This document shows positions 37,963 through 47,968 of a stretch of DNA of 64,000 bases, in pieces. The position numbers were made by a program, and so were the translations under genes. The notes under the pieces were generated by a model. That model was not told where the DNA came from and did not search any database. It saw only the letters and a list, made by a program, of their open reading frames with translations. Origin of the DNA: an uncultured Desulfobacterales bacterium (lineage in GTDB: Bacteria > Desulfobacterota > Dissulfuribacteria > Dissulfuribacterales > QOAL01). The DNA is taken from assembly GCA_964638145.1 (NCBI GenBank), contig CAZXAK010000019.1, positions 1,117 through 65,116 of the forward strand. Direction: 5' to 3'. Numbering within the stretch: the stretch's first letter is position 1; each line of letters begins with the position of its first letter.

Positions 37963-38556
37963 CTATATCCTGATCACCTTTGTTGCCAGGTGCATGGAAG
38001 TTACTATGTCCAGCATGTTGGTGGTCTCCCCCACACCCTTCTGTTGCAAAAGATCATAAAATTCCAGACAGGTACCACACACAAGTATTGAAACCCCCCG
38101 TTGCTCCAGTGCCTTCAGGGGATCAAGCGCATCTGCCCCCTCTACGGACAGCCTTACGCCGCTGTTTACAAGCACTATGCGCCACAGATCACTGCCAAGC
38201 TCATCAAGTGTGCTGATGAAGTTGAGCATGAGGCGCTGGCCAAGCTCAGGATCTCCCTGGCCTATCGCATCTGAGGGGATGAATACCAGTATCTTCTCTG
38301 CCCTGCCCTCTTCCCTGCCCTGAGACAGGGCCACAGCACAGGCACATGGCACACCCTTCACAGAAAAACGGTCCTGGCCCAGGACAGAAACGCTCACTTC
38401 ATATCCCTGGCTTTCAAGAAACCTGGCTACATTCTGCCTCGCTGCCTCATTATCCACGATAATCTCCAGTGACTCGCCTGGCCTCTCGGCTATAATGTCC
38501 CGCGCATCAAGAACAGGTTTAGGACAGGCAAGCCCGGAACAGTCCTTGGTTATCAT
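37963..38556 (-). CDS. yedF: YedF-type selenium-metabolism protein (TusA-like plus DsrE-like domains)
   Basis: ATG 38556 (MITKDCSGLACPKPVL) forms an ATGA overlap with the U32 stop. The CPxP TusA motif is followed by a DsrE-like half (ILVFIPSDAIGQGD ... VCGTCLEF). Confidence 0.75.
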   Translation of the reverse strand: MITKDCSGLACPKPVLDARDIIAERPGESLEIIVDNEAARQNVARFLESQGYEVSVSVLGQDRFSVKGVPCACAVALSQGREEGRAEKILVFIPSDAIGQGDPELGQRLMLNFISTLDELGSDLWRIVLVNSGVRLSVEGADALDPLKALEQRGVSILVCGTCLEFYDLLQQKGVGETTNMLDIVTSMHLATKVIRI

Positions 38557-39791
38557 ACGGTATGAACCTTTCTTCTCCTTATCACTGCCCACTCCTCAAA
38601 ACGGAGACACGGGGCTGTTGACACGGTTACAATCTCGCCTCCAAGGGCCTGGTTCACCTCTCTGCCATCCTCACTCCTCACAGCAGTAACGGTAAACGGG
38701 ATCACATCAAGCCCCCTGTCCATGTACTCAAGCTGGTCTCCAGGCCTTAAAATGTGCCCTACCCTCACAGCAGGCTCCACACCTGCCCTCACCACCACTG
38801 CCGCAGGGGAGAATGTCTGATCCACACTGCCTCCACTGTAGAGCATATCGTCCCTTCCTGGCGCACTGTCAAAAAAATTTTCTGTGTACCCCCTTGAGCC
38901 CAAAATCTGCAACTCTTCCATAAAACGCTCAGGGATCACGGGCAATTCCTCCCCCCATCCGGCAGGATCACCCTTTGCAGACAGATAGTCCAGGGCTGCA
39001 CGATATGCACGCACCACCCCGGCCACATAGAATATACCCTTCATCCGCCCCTCTATCTTCAGGCTATGCACCCCTGCCTGCACCAGTTCAGGAAGCCGTC
39101 TCATCAGGCACAGATCACGGCTGTTGAAAATATAAACACCCCTGGCATCCTCTTCCACAGGGAAATACTCTCCAGGCCGTTTCTCCTCCTGCAGGGCATA
39201 ACGGTATCTGCACGGATGGGCACAGGCCCCCTTGTTGGCATCCCTGCCTGTGAGATAGAGACTCAGCATGCAGCGGCCCGAATATGATATGCACAGGGCA
39301 CCGTGCACAAACACCTCTGTGTCAATATCCGCATGCAGGGCTATCTCCCCTATCTCCTGTATGGACAGTTCCCGTGCCAGATTGACCCTGGATGCACCCA
39401 TATCCTTCCAGAAGAGCGCTGATTCCAGATTGGTGGTATTTGCCTGGGTAGAGACATGGATAGGCAGGCCGGGACATGTCCTGCGCGCAGTACGAAATAT
39501 CCCAGGGTCTGAAACTATTATTGCATCCACTCCGGTCCGGTTCAGAAAGGAAAGATAATCAGGAAGGCCCTTCAGATCTCTGTTATGCGCAAAGATATTA
39601 ACTGTAACATATACCTTTGCGCCCCGTTCATGGGCAAAACCAACGGCCTCCCGGATATCCTGTTCAGAAAAGTTTCCTGCCTGCGCCCTGAGACCAAACT
39701 CCCTCCCCCCGAAATATACGGCATCAGCGCCGTAGTGCACGGCAATCTTCAGCTTCTCCAGATTTCCTGCCGGTGCAAGAAGCTCAGTCAT
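38553..39791 (-). CDS. peptidase U32 family protein (YegQ/TrhP/RlhA-like)
   Basis: ATG 39791 (MTELLAPAGNLEKLKIAVHYGADAVYFGG) is the typical U32 N-terminus. It overlaps the ftsK stop by 8 nt. Confidence 0.85.
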   Translation of the reverse strand: MTELLAPAGNLEKLKIAVHYGADAVYFGGREFGLRAQAGNFSEQDIREAVGFAHERGAKVYVTVNIFAHNRDLKGLPDYLSFLNRTGVDAIIVSDPGIFRTARRTCPGLPIHVSTQANTTNLESALFWKDMGASRVNLARELSIQEIGEIALHADIDTEVFVHGALCISYSGRCMLSLYLTGRDANKGACAHPCRYRYALQEEKRPGEYFPVEEDARGVYIFNSRDLCLMRRLPELVQAGVHSLKIEGRMKGIFYVAGVVRAYRAALDYLSAKGDPAGWGEELPVIPERFMEELQILGSRGYTENFFDSAPGRDDMLYSGGSVDQTFSPAAVVVRAGVEPAVRVGHILRPGDQLEYMDRGLDVIPFTVTAVRSEDGREVNQALGGEIVTVSTAPCLRFEEWAVIRRRKVHTV

Positions 39792-42132
39792 CTTCGTACT
39801 TCCTTGCAATAACCTGCCTCCTGCCCATGGAGTCAGTGGGTGTAACAACACCGTCACGCTCCATCTGCTCGATCATGCGTGCCGCCCGGTTGTAGCCTAT
39901 ACGCATGCGCCGCTGCAGGCCAGAGATTGAGGCAAGACCTGTGGAAGTCACTATCTCGACCGCCTCGTCGTACTTCTCATCCTCAAACTCCGCGCTGCCC
40001 CCAGAGCCGCTGTCTCCTTCCCCAGGCACAGGCTCCGTGACCGTGGGATCATAATCGGGCTCACCCTGCGCCTTCAGGAACTCCACCACCTTCATTATCT
40101 CGGACTCGGAAACATATGCACCGTGAATGCGCTCAAGGGCAGATGATCCAGGGGGCAGAAACAGCATATCTCCCATGCCAAGTAGCCTTTCAGCACCCAT
40201 TACATCAAGTATGGTACGGGAATCCACCTTGGATGAGACCTTGAACGAAAGGCGGGCAGGAAAGTTTGCCTTGATGAGCCCTGTCAGCACATCAACAGAA
40301 GGTCTCTGGGTGGCTATGAGCAGATGTATCCCTGCGGCACGGGCCATCTGGGCAAGCCTTGCAATGGCTGCCTCCACCTCCTTTGAGGATACCATCATCA
40401 GGTCTGCAAGCTCGTCTATTATCACCAGGAGATAGGGCAGTTTTTCCTCTGCATTTGCGTTGTATCCGTCGAGGTTCCTGGCATGGGCCTCTTCCAGGAG
40501 CTGGTAGCGGCGTTCCATCTCCATGACCGCCCACTTGAGCGCACGGGTTGCCTCCTTTGGCTCGCTCACCACCGGATGTATCAGATGGGGAATGCCGTCA
40601 TAAAGTGACAGCTCTATCCTCTTGGGGTCCACCATGAGCATCCTCAGACGCTCAGGACCAAGGCGGTACAGGAGAGAGCATATCATGGCATTAAGCCCAA
40701 CACTCTTGCCCGTACCTGTGGCACCTGCTATGAGCAGGTGAGGCATCTTGGCAAGGTCTGTCACCACAGGCTGGCCCACGATATCATTGCCAAGGGCAAG
40801 GAGCAGCTTGCCACTGTTCTTCTGAAAGACATCACTTGCAAGTATCTCCTTGAGCCACACGCCCTGACGTACACTGTTGGCAAGCTCAATGCCAATGACA
40901 GCCTTGCCGGGAATAGGTGCAACTATGCGGACGCTGTGGGTCTTGAGGGCAAGGGCCAGGTCATCGGAGAGAGAGGCCACCTTGTTTATCTTGATACCAG
41001 GCGCAGGAGCAAACTCGTACATGGTGACCACAGGCCCTGGACATATCTCCACCACCTTGCCGGCCACACTGAAGTCACGAAGCTTCTGCTCCAGTATCCT
41101 GGCATTCTCAAGATAGACATCCCGGTCTATGGCAATCTCCTGGTCAGGCGGGTCCTTCAGGAAGGAAAGGGGCGGCAGTTTGTACTCACCTCTCAGGGGT
41201 TTGATCGCAAAACCCGACGACTCACCGCTGTCTGAGGCATCAGGAGCGCCTTCAGGTGCTGCAGACATGTCCTTCCCCCCCCTGCCCTGTTTACTGCTGT
41301 TTCTCACAGGCGCAGTGATCCTCGGGACATCATGGGTCTCAGCATGGTCGGATCCACCACCTGCCCCAGATTTGAAGTCAGCAATGGCAGGTCCATTCTT
41401 CCTCTTGGAACGATCTGTTTCAGGTTTGTCTCCCCGGCTTCCATCACGGCCGGTTGGGAAAAGGCCAAAGACAGAGACCATGGAACAGAACAGGCGGACA
41501 ACAGACCGCATGACACCAGGGGCGGCAATCAGCAGGCCTGAGAGCAGCATGACAGAGGAGATCAGAAGAGCACCTGCCACGCCAGTCCAGGAGACAAAAA
41601 AATCCGCAAGGAACCTGCCTGCAAGCCCTCCGGCCCCAAGTAGAAACCCCTGATGTATCCACCGCGATGCAAGGGTCAGCAGGGTAGAGAGCGCAAACAG
41701 TATCAGGCCCCAGCCTGTAACCGTCAGAAACCGGGGGACATGTCTCTCCCTGCAGGGAGACAGGATGCGCACTGCACCAAGTGCTGTCCAGAACACTGTT
41801 AGCCATGCAGGAAGCCCCACCATGTCCCGCAGAAAACCTGACAGATTGGCACCCACTGGCCCCATCCAGTTCTTAACCATACCTTCAGCATAGTGGCTCA
41901 GTGACGGGTCCTCAGGACAGTAAGTGGCAAGGGAGATGGCAAGGAAGATGGCAACTGCCCCAAGCCCAAGGGCTGCCAACTGCCTCATGGGATCGGGCCA
42001 ATGCCCCTCTCCATTGTGACTGCGGGCTCCAGTGGGGACAGATGAGGGGTCAGCCCGGCCGGAGCGTTTCTTTTTTCTATTCTTTTTTTCTGTCAACTTG
42101 GTGAGTATGTATTTATAGCCGAGATCCTGCAT
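39784..42132 (-). CDS. ftsK: DNA translocase FtsK
   Basis: 782 aa. N-terminal TM helices, a Pro/Gly/Ser linker, a motor domain with Walker A GATGTGKSV, and a C-terminal gamma winged-helix (ISGLQRRMRIGYNRAARMIEQME). Confidence 0.9.
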   Translation of the reverse strand: MQDLGYKYILTKLTEKKNRKKKRSGRADPSSVPTGARSHNGEGHWPDPMRQLAALGLGAVAIFLAISLATYCPEDPSLSHYAEGMVKNWMGPVGANLSGFLRDMVGLPAWLTVFWTALGAVRILSPCRERHVPRFLTVTGWGLILFALSTLLTLASRWIHQGFLLGAGGLAGRFLADFFVSWTGVAGALLISSVMLLSGLLIAAPGVMRSVVRLFCSMVSVFGLFPTGRDGSRGDKPETDRSKRKNGPAIADFKSGAGGGSDHAETHDVPRITAPVRNSSKQGRGGKDMSAAPEGAPDASDSGESSGFAIKPLRGEYKLPPLSFLKDPPDQEIAIDRDVYLENARILEQKLRDFSVAGKVVEICPGPVVTMYEFAPAPGIKINKVASLSDDLALALKTHSVRIVAPIPGKAVIGIELANSVRQGVWLKEILASDVFQKNSGKLLLALGNDIVGQPVVTDLAKMPHLLIAGATGTGKSVGLNAMICSLLYRLGPERLRMLMVDPKRIELSLYDGIPHLIHPVVSEPKEATRALKWAVMEMERRYQLLEEAHARNLDGYNANAEEKLPYLLVIIDELADLMMVSSKEVEAAIARLAQMARAAGIHLLIATQRPSVDVLTGLIKANFPARLSFKVSSKVDSRTILDVMGAERLLGMGDMLFLPPGSSALERIHGAYVSESEIMKVVEFLKAQGEPDYDPTVTEPVPGEGDSGSGGSAEFEDEKYDEAVEIVTSTGLASISGLQRRMRIGYNRAARMIEQMERDGVVTPTDSMGRRQVIARKYEDD

Positions 42133-42411
42133 TCCGGAGATGAAACTTGCAGATGTCCTATTCTTTTCGATTCATCTCAATAACCGACCTGGCAATTGCA
42201 GGATTTCGATCTTAATGTATGTTCCTATTCAGCAGCACTTATGATGCACGGCATGAATAACAGATGCATGCACTAAAACCGTTCATTACCTGATGAAGAG
42301 TAGTTCACCATGTATGCAAGCACAATGCAACAATGCAAGGCTGAAAATTTATTATGAGTTATTGTCACTGTTTTTTCAAGCATCACCATTTTAGGACCGA
42401 GAGTTGACGGC

Positions 42412-43593
42412 ATGGACATAGAACAGATCAAAAAAGAGGCGGCAGAGCGTATGGAGTGGATGCGCCACATCAGACGCACCATCCACAGACGGCCTGAGGC
42501 AGGCTTTCAGGAATTCGAGACCTCTGCACTGATAAAGGCAAAACTCGACGAACTCCACATACCTTTCACTGACAGGGTGGCAGAGACAGGTGTCATAGCC
42601 CATATTGACCGCAGAACCGGAACCAATGACAGATGCGTTGCCCTTAGGGCCGACATGGATGCACTGCCGCTCAACGAGGAGACAGGACTGGACTTTGCCT
42701 CAGAGATACCCGGGATGATGCATGCGTGCGGACACGACGGGCATGTGGCCATGCTGCTCGGAGCAGCCTCTATACTAAAAAAAATACCGTTTAACGGGAA
42801 GATAAAATTCATATTTCAACCAGCAGAAGAAGGAGAGGGCGGTGCCACCCGCATGATCGCAGAAGGGGCCCTGGACGATGTGGACCAGATATTTGGCGGG
42901 CACATAGACCGCCATTTCCCAACCGGCACACTCTCTGTACAGCCCGGACTCATATGTGCCTATACAGACACCTTCAGGATAGATATACTGGGAAGGGGAG
43001 GACATGCTGCAAGGCCACATGAGGCGGTTGACAGCGTGGTGGTGGCAAGCCACCTTGTGATCAGCCTTCAGTCACTGGTATCAAGGGAACTGAACCCTGC
43101 GTACCCATCTGTGATCACCATAGGCAGCATATCAGGCGGAAGCGCTCCCAACATCATTGCTGAAAAGGCAGTGCTCATGGGCACCATTCGTACCACCCAC
43201 ACGGACATACGGGACAAGGTGATCGAGGGCATCAGACGTATGGTCAGGGCAACTGGCGATCTGTTCAACGCATCCACCTCCATCACCTTTGTCAAGGGAT
43301 ATCCCCCGGTGATAAACGATACTGACGCCGCCGAGACTGCCCGCAGGGCCGCACGGCTCGTGGTGGGCAAGGACCATGTACTCACCCAGACCCACCCAAG
43401 CCTTGGAGGTGAAGACTTTTCCTTTTATCTTGAAAAGATACCTGGTTGTTTTGTACGTTTTGGGGCGTGCAAAAAGGGACATGAGTTTATTCCGGCCCAC
43501 AGCTCCAGGTTTGACTTTGATGAGGAGGTAATGCGTACCGGCGCGGCATTTCTGGCCTGCGTGGCCCTTGAGGCACTGGGACAGGCTGAATAA
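42412..43593 (+). CDS. M20 family amidohydrolase (N-acyl-amino-acid/hippurate hydrolase-like)
   Basis: 393 aa. MHACGHDGH metal-binding motif and FQPAEEGEGGA. Confidence 0.85.
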   Translation: MDIEQIKKEAAERMEWMRHIRRTIHRRPEAGFQEFETSALIKAKLDELHIPFTDRVAETGVIAHIDRRTGTNDRCVALRADMDALPLNEETGLDFASEIPGMMHACGHDGHVAMLLGAASILKKIPFNGKIKFIFQPAEEGEGGATRMIAEGALDDVDQIFGGHIDRHFPTGTLSVQPGLICAYTDTFRIDILGRGGHAARPHEAVDSVVVASHLVISLQSLVSRELNPAYPSVITIGSISGGSAPNIIAEKAVLMGTIRTTHTDIRDKVIEGIRRMVRATGDLFNASTSITFVKGYPPVINDTDAAETARRAARLVVGKDHVLTQTHPSLGGEDFSFYLEKIPGCFVRFGACKKGHEFIPAHSSRFDFDEEVMRTGAAFLACVALEALGQAE

Positions 43594-43677
43594 CCTTTCC
43601 CGCATGCTACAGGACACCCATACCAGACAGGGCCTTGCCAATAACTTCCGGGTTTCAGACGTATAGGGGGACAGGCC

Positions 43678-44787
43678 ATGGATTTTTTCCCTGAATTCCA
43701 CACCAGTGAACCCTTCACCATAGGTGTTGAGGTCGAATTCCAACTCCTTGATCCCCACACCCTTGACCTGACGTCAAAGGCCCCTGAGATACTGGCCATG
43801 ACTGACAGGTACCATGGAGACAAGATCAAGAAGGAGTTCATCCAGTCCATGGTGGAGGTAACCACAGGCATATGCAGAGATTCCAGAGGGGTCTGCATGG
43901 ATATGGAGGCTTCTGTCAGGCTCCTGGAACAGACAGCCCTCAAGGCAGGTTGTTTGATCCATGCCGCCAGCCTTCACCCATTTGCTATGGCCTGCAAACA
44001 GACAGTAAGCGATGAGGAACGATACAGGGACATCTTAGAAGAGCTTCAGATAGTTGGCAGGAGGCTTATAACACAGGGGCTCCACGTACATGTGGGAATG
44101 ACAGACGGGGAGACAGCCATCAGGGTATTTGACCGCATGCGCTCCCTGCTTCCTCACTTTCTGGCACTCACCGCCTCTTCCCCCTTTTACCAGTCAGAGG
44201 ATACGGGCCTGTGCTCATACCGTTCCAAGCTCTTCGAGGCACTGCCGAGATCCGGCATGCCAGAGGCCCTTGGCTCATGGTCTGACTACTGTTCATTCGT
44301 GGACCTCCTCACCTCTGCCGGTGTCATCAAGACCACAAGGGACATATGGTGGGACGTGCGACCTCACCCGGAGCTTGGTACAGTAGAGATCAGGATATGT
44401 GACGTGCCATCCAAATTCAGGTACATAACGGCAATGGCTGCACTTATCCAGGCTGCCGCCATGTTCCTCAATGAAAGGGCTGATGACATTGCCATAGAGA
44501 ACCGAGCCATCATAAACAGCAACAAGTGGCAGGCAACACGTTACGGCCTTGAAGGCAGCTTCGTTGACCCGTTCACCCACACCAAGATACCGGCACCTGA
44601 TGCCATAAGGGAGCTTGTGGAGAGGCTCCAAGCATATCTCGATGTGTTCAACGCATCAGATCAGGCAGATACCATCGAAGAGATGCTGGAACGGGGGTGC
44701 AGCGCCAACAGACAGAGGCGCATATACCTTCAGACAGGCAGTTTCAAAGAGATAATTCGCAAGGAGAGAGACAAGTTCTGGACATGA
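43678..44787 (+). CDS. ybdK: carboxylate-amine ligase, GCS2/YbdK family
   Basis: 369 aa. N-terminal FTIGVEVEFQLLD and the internal HVHVGM motif typical of glutamate-cysteine ligase family 2. Confidence 0.8.
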   Translation: MDFFPEFHTSEPFTIGVEVEFQLLDPHTLDLTSKAPEILAMTDRYHGDKIKKEFIQSMVEVTTGICRDSRGVCMDMEASVRLLEQTALKAGCLIHAASLHPFAMACKQTVSDEERYRDILEELQIVGRRLITQGLHVHVGMTDGETAIRVFDRMRSLLPHFLALTASSPFYQSEDTGLCSYRSKLFEALPRSGMPEALGSWSDYCSFVDLLTSAGVIKTTRDIWWDVRPHPELGTVEIRICDVPSKFRYITAMAALIQAAAMFLNERADDIAIENRAIINSNKWQATRYGLEGSFVDPFTHTKIPAPDAIRELVERLQAYLDVFNASDQADTIEEMLERGCSANRQRRIYLQTGSFKEIIRKERDKFWT

Positions 44788-46328
44788 CATATCGCAACTC
44801 TGCTGCATCAGGACACCAGGCCGTGACTGATGCCGCAATGGAAATATTGGAAAGTGGTGGAAACGCATTTGATGCAATAGTGGCAGCAGGTTTTGCCAGT
44901 GCAGTATCCGAACCTGCGCTCAACAGCCTTGGGGGAGGAGGTTTTCTGCTGGCCCGAACAGCAGAGGGGGAGGAGATACTCTACGACTTCTTTGTGGACA
45001 CACCAGGCAAGGGTATCAGGGGCGACTTTCCGCGCGAGCCGCACTTCTTTCCGGTAACAGTAAACTTTCCCGGATCAGAGCAGGTATTCAACGTGGGCAT
45101 GGGTTCTGTTGCAGTGCCAGGCAACCTCATGGGGCTCATGTACATACATGAACGGCTCTGCACCATGCCGCTCGAGAAAATTCTCGACCCTGCAGTAAGA
45201 CTTGCGGAAAACGGTGTTAGGCTAAACCATCATCAGGGCTATTTTCTTGACCTGCTACGCCCCATAATGACCCTTACAGAGAGGAGCAGGGCCATCTTTG
45301 GGGACAACGACACCTACCTCAAGGCAGGTGATACGCTGCGCAACCCGGAACTTGCCGGATTCCTTAAAAAACTTCCTGAAACAGGAATAGAACCCTTCTA
45401 CTCAGGCAGGATAGCAGAGATGATAGCAGAGGAGATGAGGGAACAGCACGGCCTTCTCACTACTGAAGACCTTGCCTCATACCGTGTCATCGAAAGGCAA
45501 CCATTGGTTACCTCATACAGGGGAAGGAGAATAGTTACAAACTGTCCGCCCTCCCTTGGAGGCCCTCTCATTACCATTGCCATGACCCTTCTTGAGAAAC
45601 TGCACTTTCACAGGCCAGGATGGGGCTGTCCGGGACATGTTTCTGCCATATGCTCCTGCATGAAGGAGGTGGCCATGGCCAGGGAACAGGGCATGGACTC
45701 GCCGGACCGGATCAGGCCAGAGTGGTATGGGGAGACTGCAAAAAGGATAGGGTCCCTAATGGACCGGATATCAGCGGATCAACATCCCGTGTTCTCCAAG
45801 GGCACCACACACATGAGTGTGTGCGACAGGCATGGCAACGCTGCCTCAATGACCTGTTCCAATGGAGAGGGCTCCGGATATATTGCGCCAGGTACAGGTA
45901 TCATGCTAAACAACATGATGGGAGAGGATGACCTTCACCCGGAAGGATTCCACAGCTCTCCGCCAGGCATCAGGGTCTCTTCCATGATGTCTCCCTCTCT
46001 TGTAACAGGTCCGCATGGGGTGGAACTTGTGCTTGGAAGCGGGGGCAGCAAACGCATACGTACTGCCATCATGCAGGTCATGGTAAACTATATCGACTTT
46101 GGCATGTCCATAGGAGAAGCAGTCAATGCGCCGCGTATACACTGGGATTCATCCATGTTCCAGGTAGAACCAGGTTACCCTGACATTGCCATTGAGGCCA
46201 TAAAGGGTCTTGGCCCCCTGAATATATGGCAGGACATAGATGTCTATTTTGGCGGGGTACACGCAGTGGAACCAATGGGAGGGTGCGCAGGAGACCCCAG
46301 GCGGGGCGGAACGTGCGCCCAGGAATAA
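44784..46328 (+). CDS. ggt: gamma-glutamyltransferase
   Basis: ATG 44784 forms an ATGA overlap with the ybdK stop. Autoprocessing region GTTHMSV and the GSGGSKRI / MGGD-like motifs are present. Confidence 0.85.
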   Translation: MTYRNSAASGHQAVTDAAMEILESGGNAFDAIVAAGFASAVSEPALNSLGGGGFLLARTAEGEEILYDFFVDTPGKGIRGDFPREPHFFPVTVNFPGSEQVFNVGMGSVAVPGNLMGLMYIHERLCTMPLEKILDPAVRLAENGVRLNHHQGYFLDLLRPIMTLTERSRAIFGDNDTYLKAGDTLRNPELAGFLKKLPETGIEPFYSGRIAEMIAEEMREQHGLLTTEDLASYRVIERQPLVTSYRGRRIVTNCPPSLGGPLITIAMTLLEKLHFHRPGWGCPGHVSAICSCMKEVAMAREQGMDSPDRIRPEWYGETAKRIGSLMDRISADQHPVFSKGTTHMSVCDRHGNAASMTCSNGEGSGYIAPGTGIMLNNMMGEDDLHPEGFHSSPPGIRVSSMMSPSLVTGPHGVELVLGSGGSKRIRTAIMQVMVNYIDFGMSIGEAVNAPRIHWDSSMFQVEPGYPDIAIEAIKGLGPLNIWQDIDVYFGGVHAVEPMGGCAGDPRRGGTCAQE

Positions 46329-46365
46329 ATTCCTGACCGCCCCCCATACATAACAGGACAGATTC

Positions 46366-47127
46366 ATGAAAACAGCCATATGCGGCAAAGGCGGAGTTGG
46401 GAAGAGCACCATAAGCGCCTTTCTCATAAACTGCCTTGCGACACAGGGCCGAAAGGTACTTGCCATAGACGCAGATCCCAGCCCGCACCTTGCGCGGCTC
46501 CTTGGATTCAGGCCTGAACAGGTACCTGAACCCATTGCCGAGATGACAGAACTTCTGCAGGAACGGTCCGGCAGGGACGGTCCATTTTACAACATGAACC
46601 CCAAGGTATCTGACCTGCCTGAAAAGTTCCTCGTCAGGCAGGAAAACGTCAGTCTCATGGTGCTTGGGGCCATACAGCAGGGCGGTGCAGGATGTGCCTG
46701 CGCAGAAAACGCAGTGCTTCGAAACCTGCTGAACACACTGCTCCTTGCGCCTGACGAAGACGTAATTCTTGACATGGAGGCAGGGGTGGAACACCTTGGA
46801 CGCGGCACCATTGCAGCCACTGATCACATACTGGTGGTGGTACAGCCCTATCGAGGCAGCATAGAGACTGCGGCAAAGATAAAAGACCTTGCCGCAGACC
46901 TTGGGATACGGAGCCTGCACATAGTAGCCAACAACGTCCAGGGCCAGGATGACGTGGAGTTTATAGAACAGGAGACTGGCATTAGACCCATTGTGGCCTT
47001 TCACACCTCAGACCAGGTTCGGATGGCGGAAAGGAAGGCACAGCCTCTCACAGAGATACAGGGAGAGTTCAGTCATACTGCAGCAAAACTCGTGAGAAGA
47101 CTGGAAGAGATTCATGCACGGCAGTAA
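46366..47127 (+). CDS. CooC-type MinD/ParA-class metallochaperone ATPase
   Basis: 253 aa. Deviant Walker A GKGGVGKST and a CxC metal-binding motif (GGAGCACAEN), as in CO-dehydrogenase maturation factor CooC. Confidence 0.7.
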   Translation: MKTAICGKGGVGKSTISAFLINCLATQGRKVLAIDADPSPHLARLLGFRPEQVPEPIAEMTELLQERSGRDGPFYNMNPKVSDLPEKFLVRQENVSLMVLGAIQQGGAGCACAENAVLRNLLNTLLLAPDEDVILDMEAGVEHLGRGTIAATDHILVVVQPYRGSIETAAKIKDLAADLGIRSLHIVANNVQGQDDVEFIEQETGIRPIVAFHTSDQVRMAERKAQPLTEIQGEFSHTAAKLVRRLEEIHARQ

Positions 47128-47968
47128 CAAGAGCTGCAGACTTGCAGACGTTCAAAATCGTACAGACCACAGGCAGATAGCCCTGCAAAGGGTAGGCATA
47201 AAGAACATTCGCTATCCCATAACAGTGCTCGACAGGGAACGTGGATCGCAGCAGACTGTGGCAAACGTCAACATGTATGTCTATCTCCCTGAACATTTCA
47301 AGGGCACACACATGAGCCGGTTCGTGGAGATACTGAACCAGTACAGGTGCGAGATCAATATCCGCAAATTCCAGGACATACTCAACGAGATGAAGAGACG
47401 CCTGTCATCCAGGGAGGCCCACCTTGAAGTGGATTTCCCCTACTTCATACGCAAGCACGCACCGGTGACTGGCACCCCGGGCCTCATGGAGTATGGCTGC
47501 GGACTATACGGCACCATGACTGACAGGCTGGACATGATGCTTCTTGCCACTGTACCTGTCACCACAGTGTGTCCATGCTCAAAAGAGATATCAGAATACG
47601 GGGCGCACAACCAGCGTGGCCAGGTCAGGGTATGGGTGCGGTTTCGCAAATTTGTGTGGCTCGAGGATGTGATAGAGTGCGTTGAGAGCGCCGCATCCTC
47701 TGAGGTCTACTCTGTGCTCAAACGTCCTGACGAAAAGTATGTGACAGAGGCCGCCTATGACCGGCCCATGTTTGTGGAAGATATCGTACGGGCTGTATGT
47801 GTACGGCTCAAGAAGATGGATGAGATAACATGGTTTGCGGTGGAGGCTGAAAACTTCGAATCCATCCACAACCACTCGGCCTATGCCTATACCACGGCTG
47901 AGATGACAGGTGGTGGTAACGGCAGTCATGCATGGATACCAACCTACCGACAGGGTTTGAAGGCATGA
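47114..47968 (+). CDS. folE2: GTP cyclohydrolase IB (FolE2/MptA family)
   Basis: 284 aa. [25 protein letters not shown] ... HMSRF ... CPCSKEIS motifs of the FolE2 family. Overlaps the cooC-like gene by 14 nt. Confidence 0.85.
   Translation: MHGSNKSCRLADVQNRTDHRQIALQRVGIKNIRYPITVLDRERGSQQTVANVNMYVYLPEHFKGTHMSRFVEILNQYRCEINIRKFQDILNEMKRRLSSREAHLEVDFPYFIRKHAPVTGTPGLMEYGCGLYGTMTDRLDMMLLATVPVTTVCPCSKEISEYGAHNQRGQVRVWVRFRKFVWLEDVIECVESAASSEVYSVLKRPDEKYVTEAAYDRPMFVEDIVRAVCVRLKKMDEITWFAVEAENFESIHNHSAYAYTTAEMTGGGNGSHAWIPTYRQGLKA

Noticed and set aside
43132-43943. 208-aa and 172-aa minus-strand ORFs across the M20 / ybdK junction.
   Set aside because: They are antisense to two supported genes and have no recognisable features.
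46123-47004. A 293-aa minus-strand ORF overlapping ggt's 3' end and the cooC-like gene.
   Set aside because: It is antisense to two well-supported genes, is Cys/His/Tyr-rich and has no motifs.
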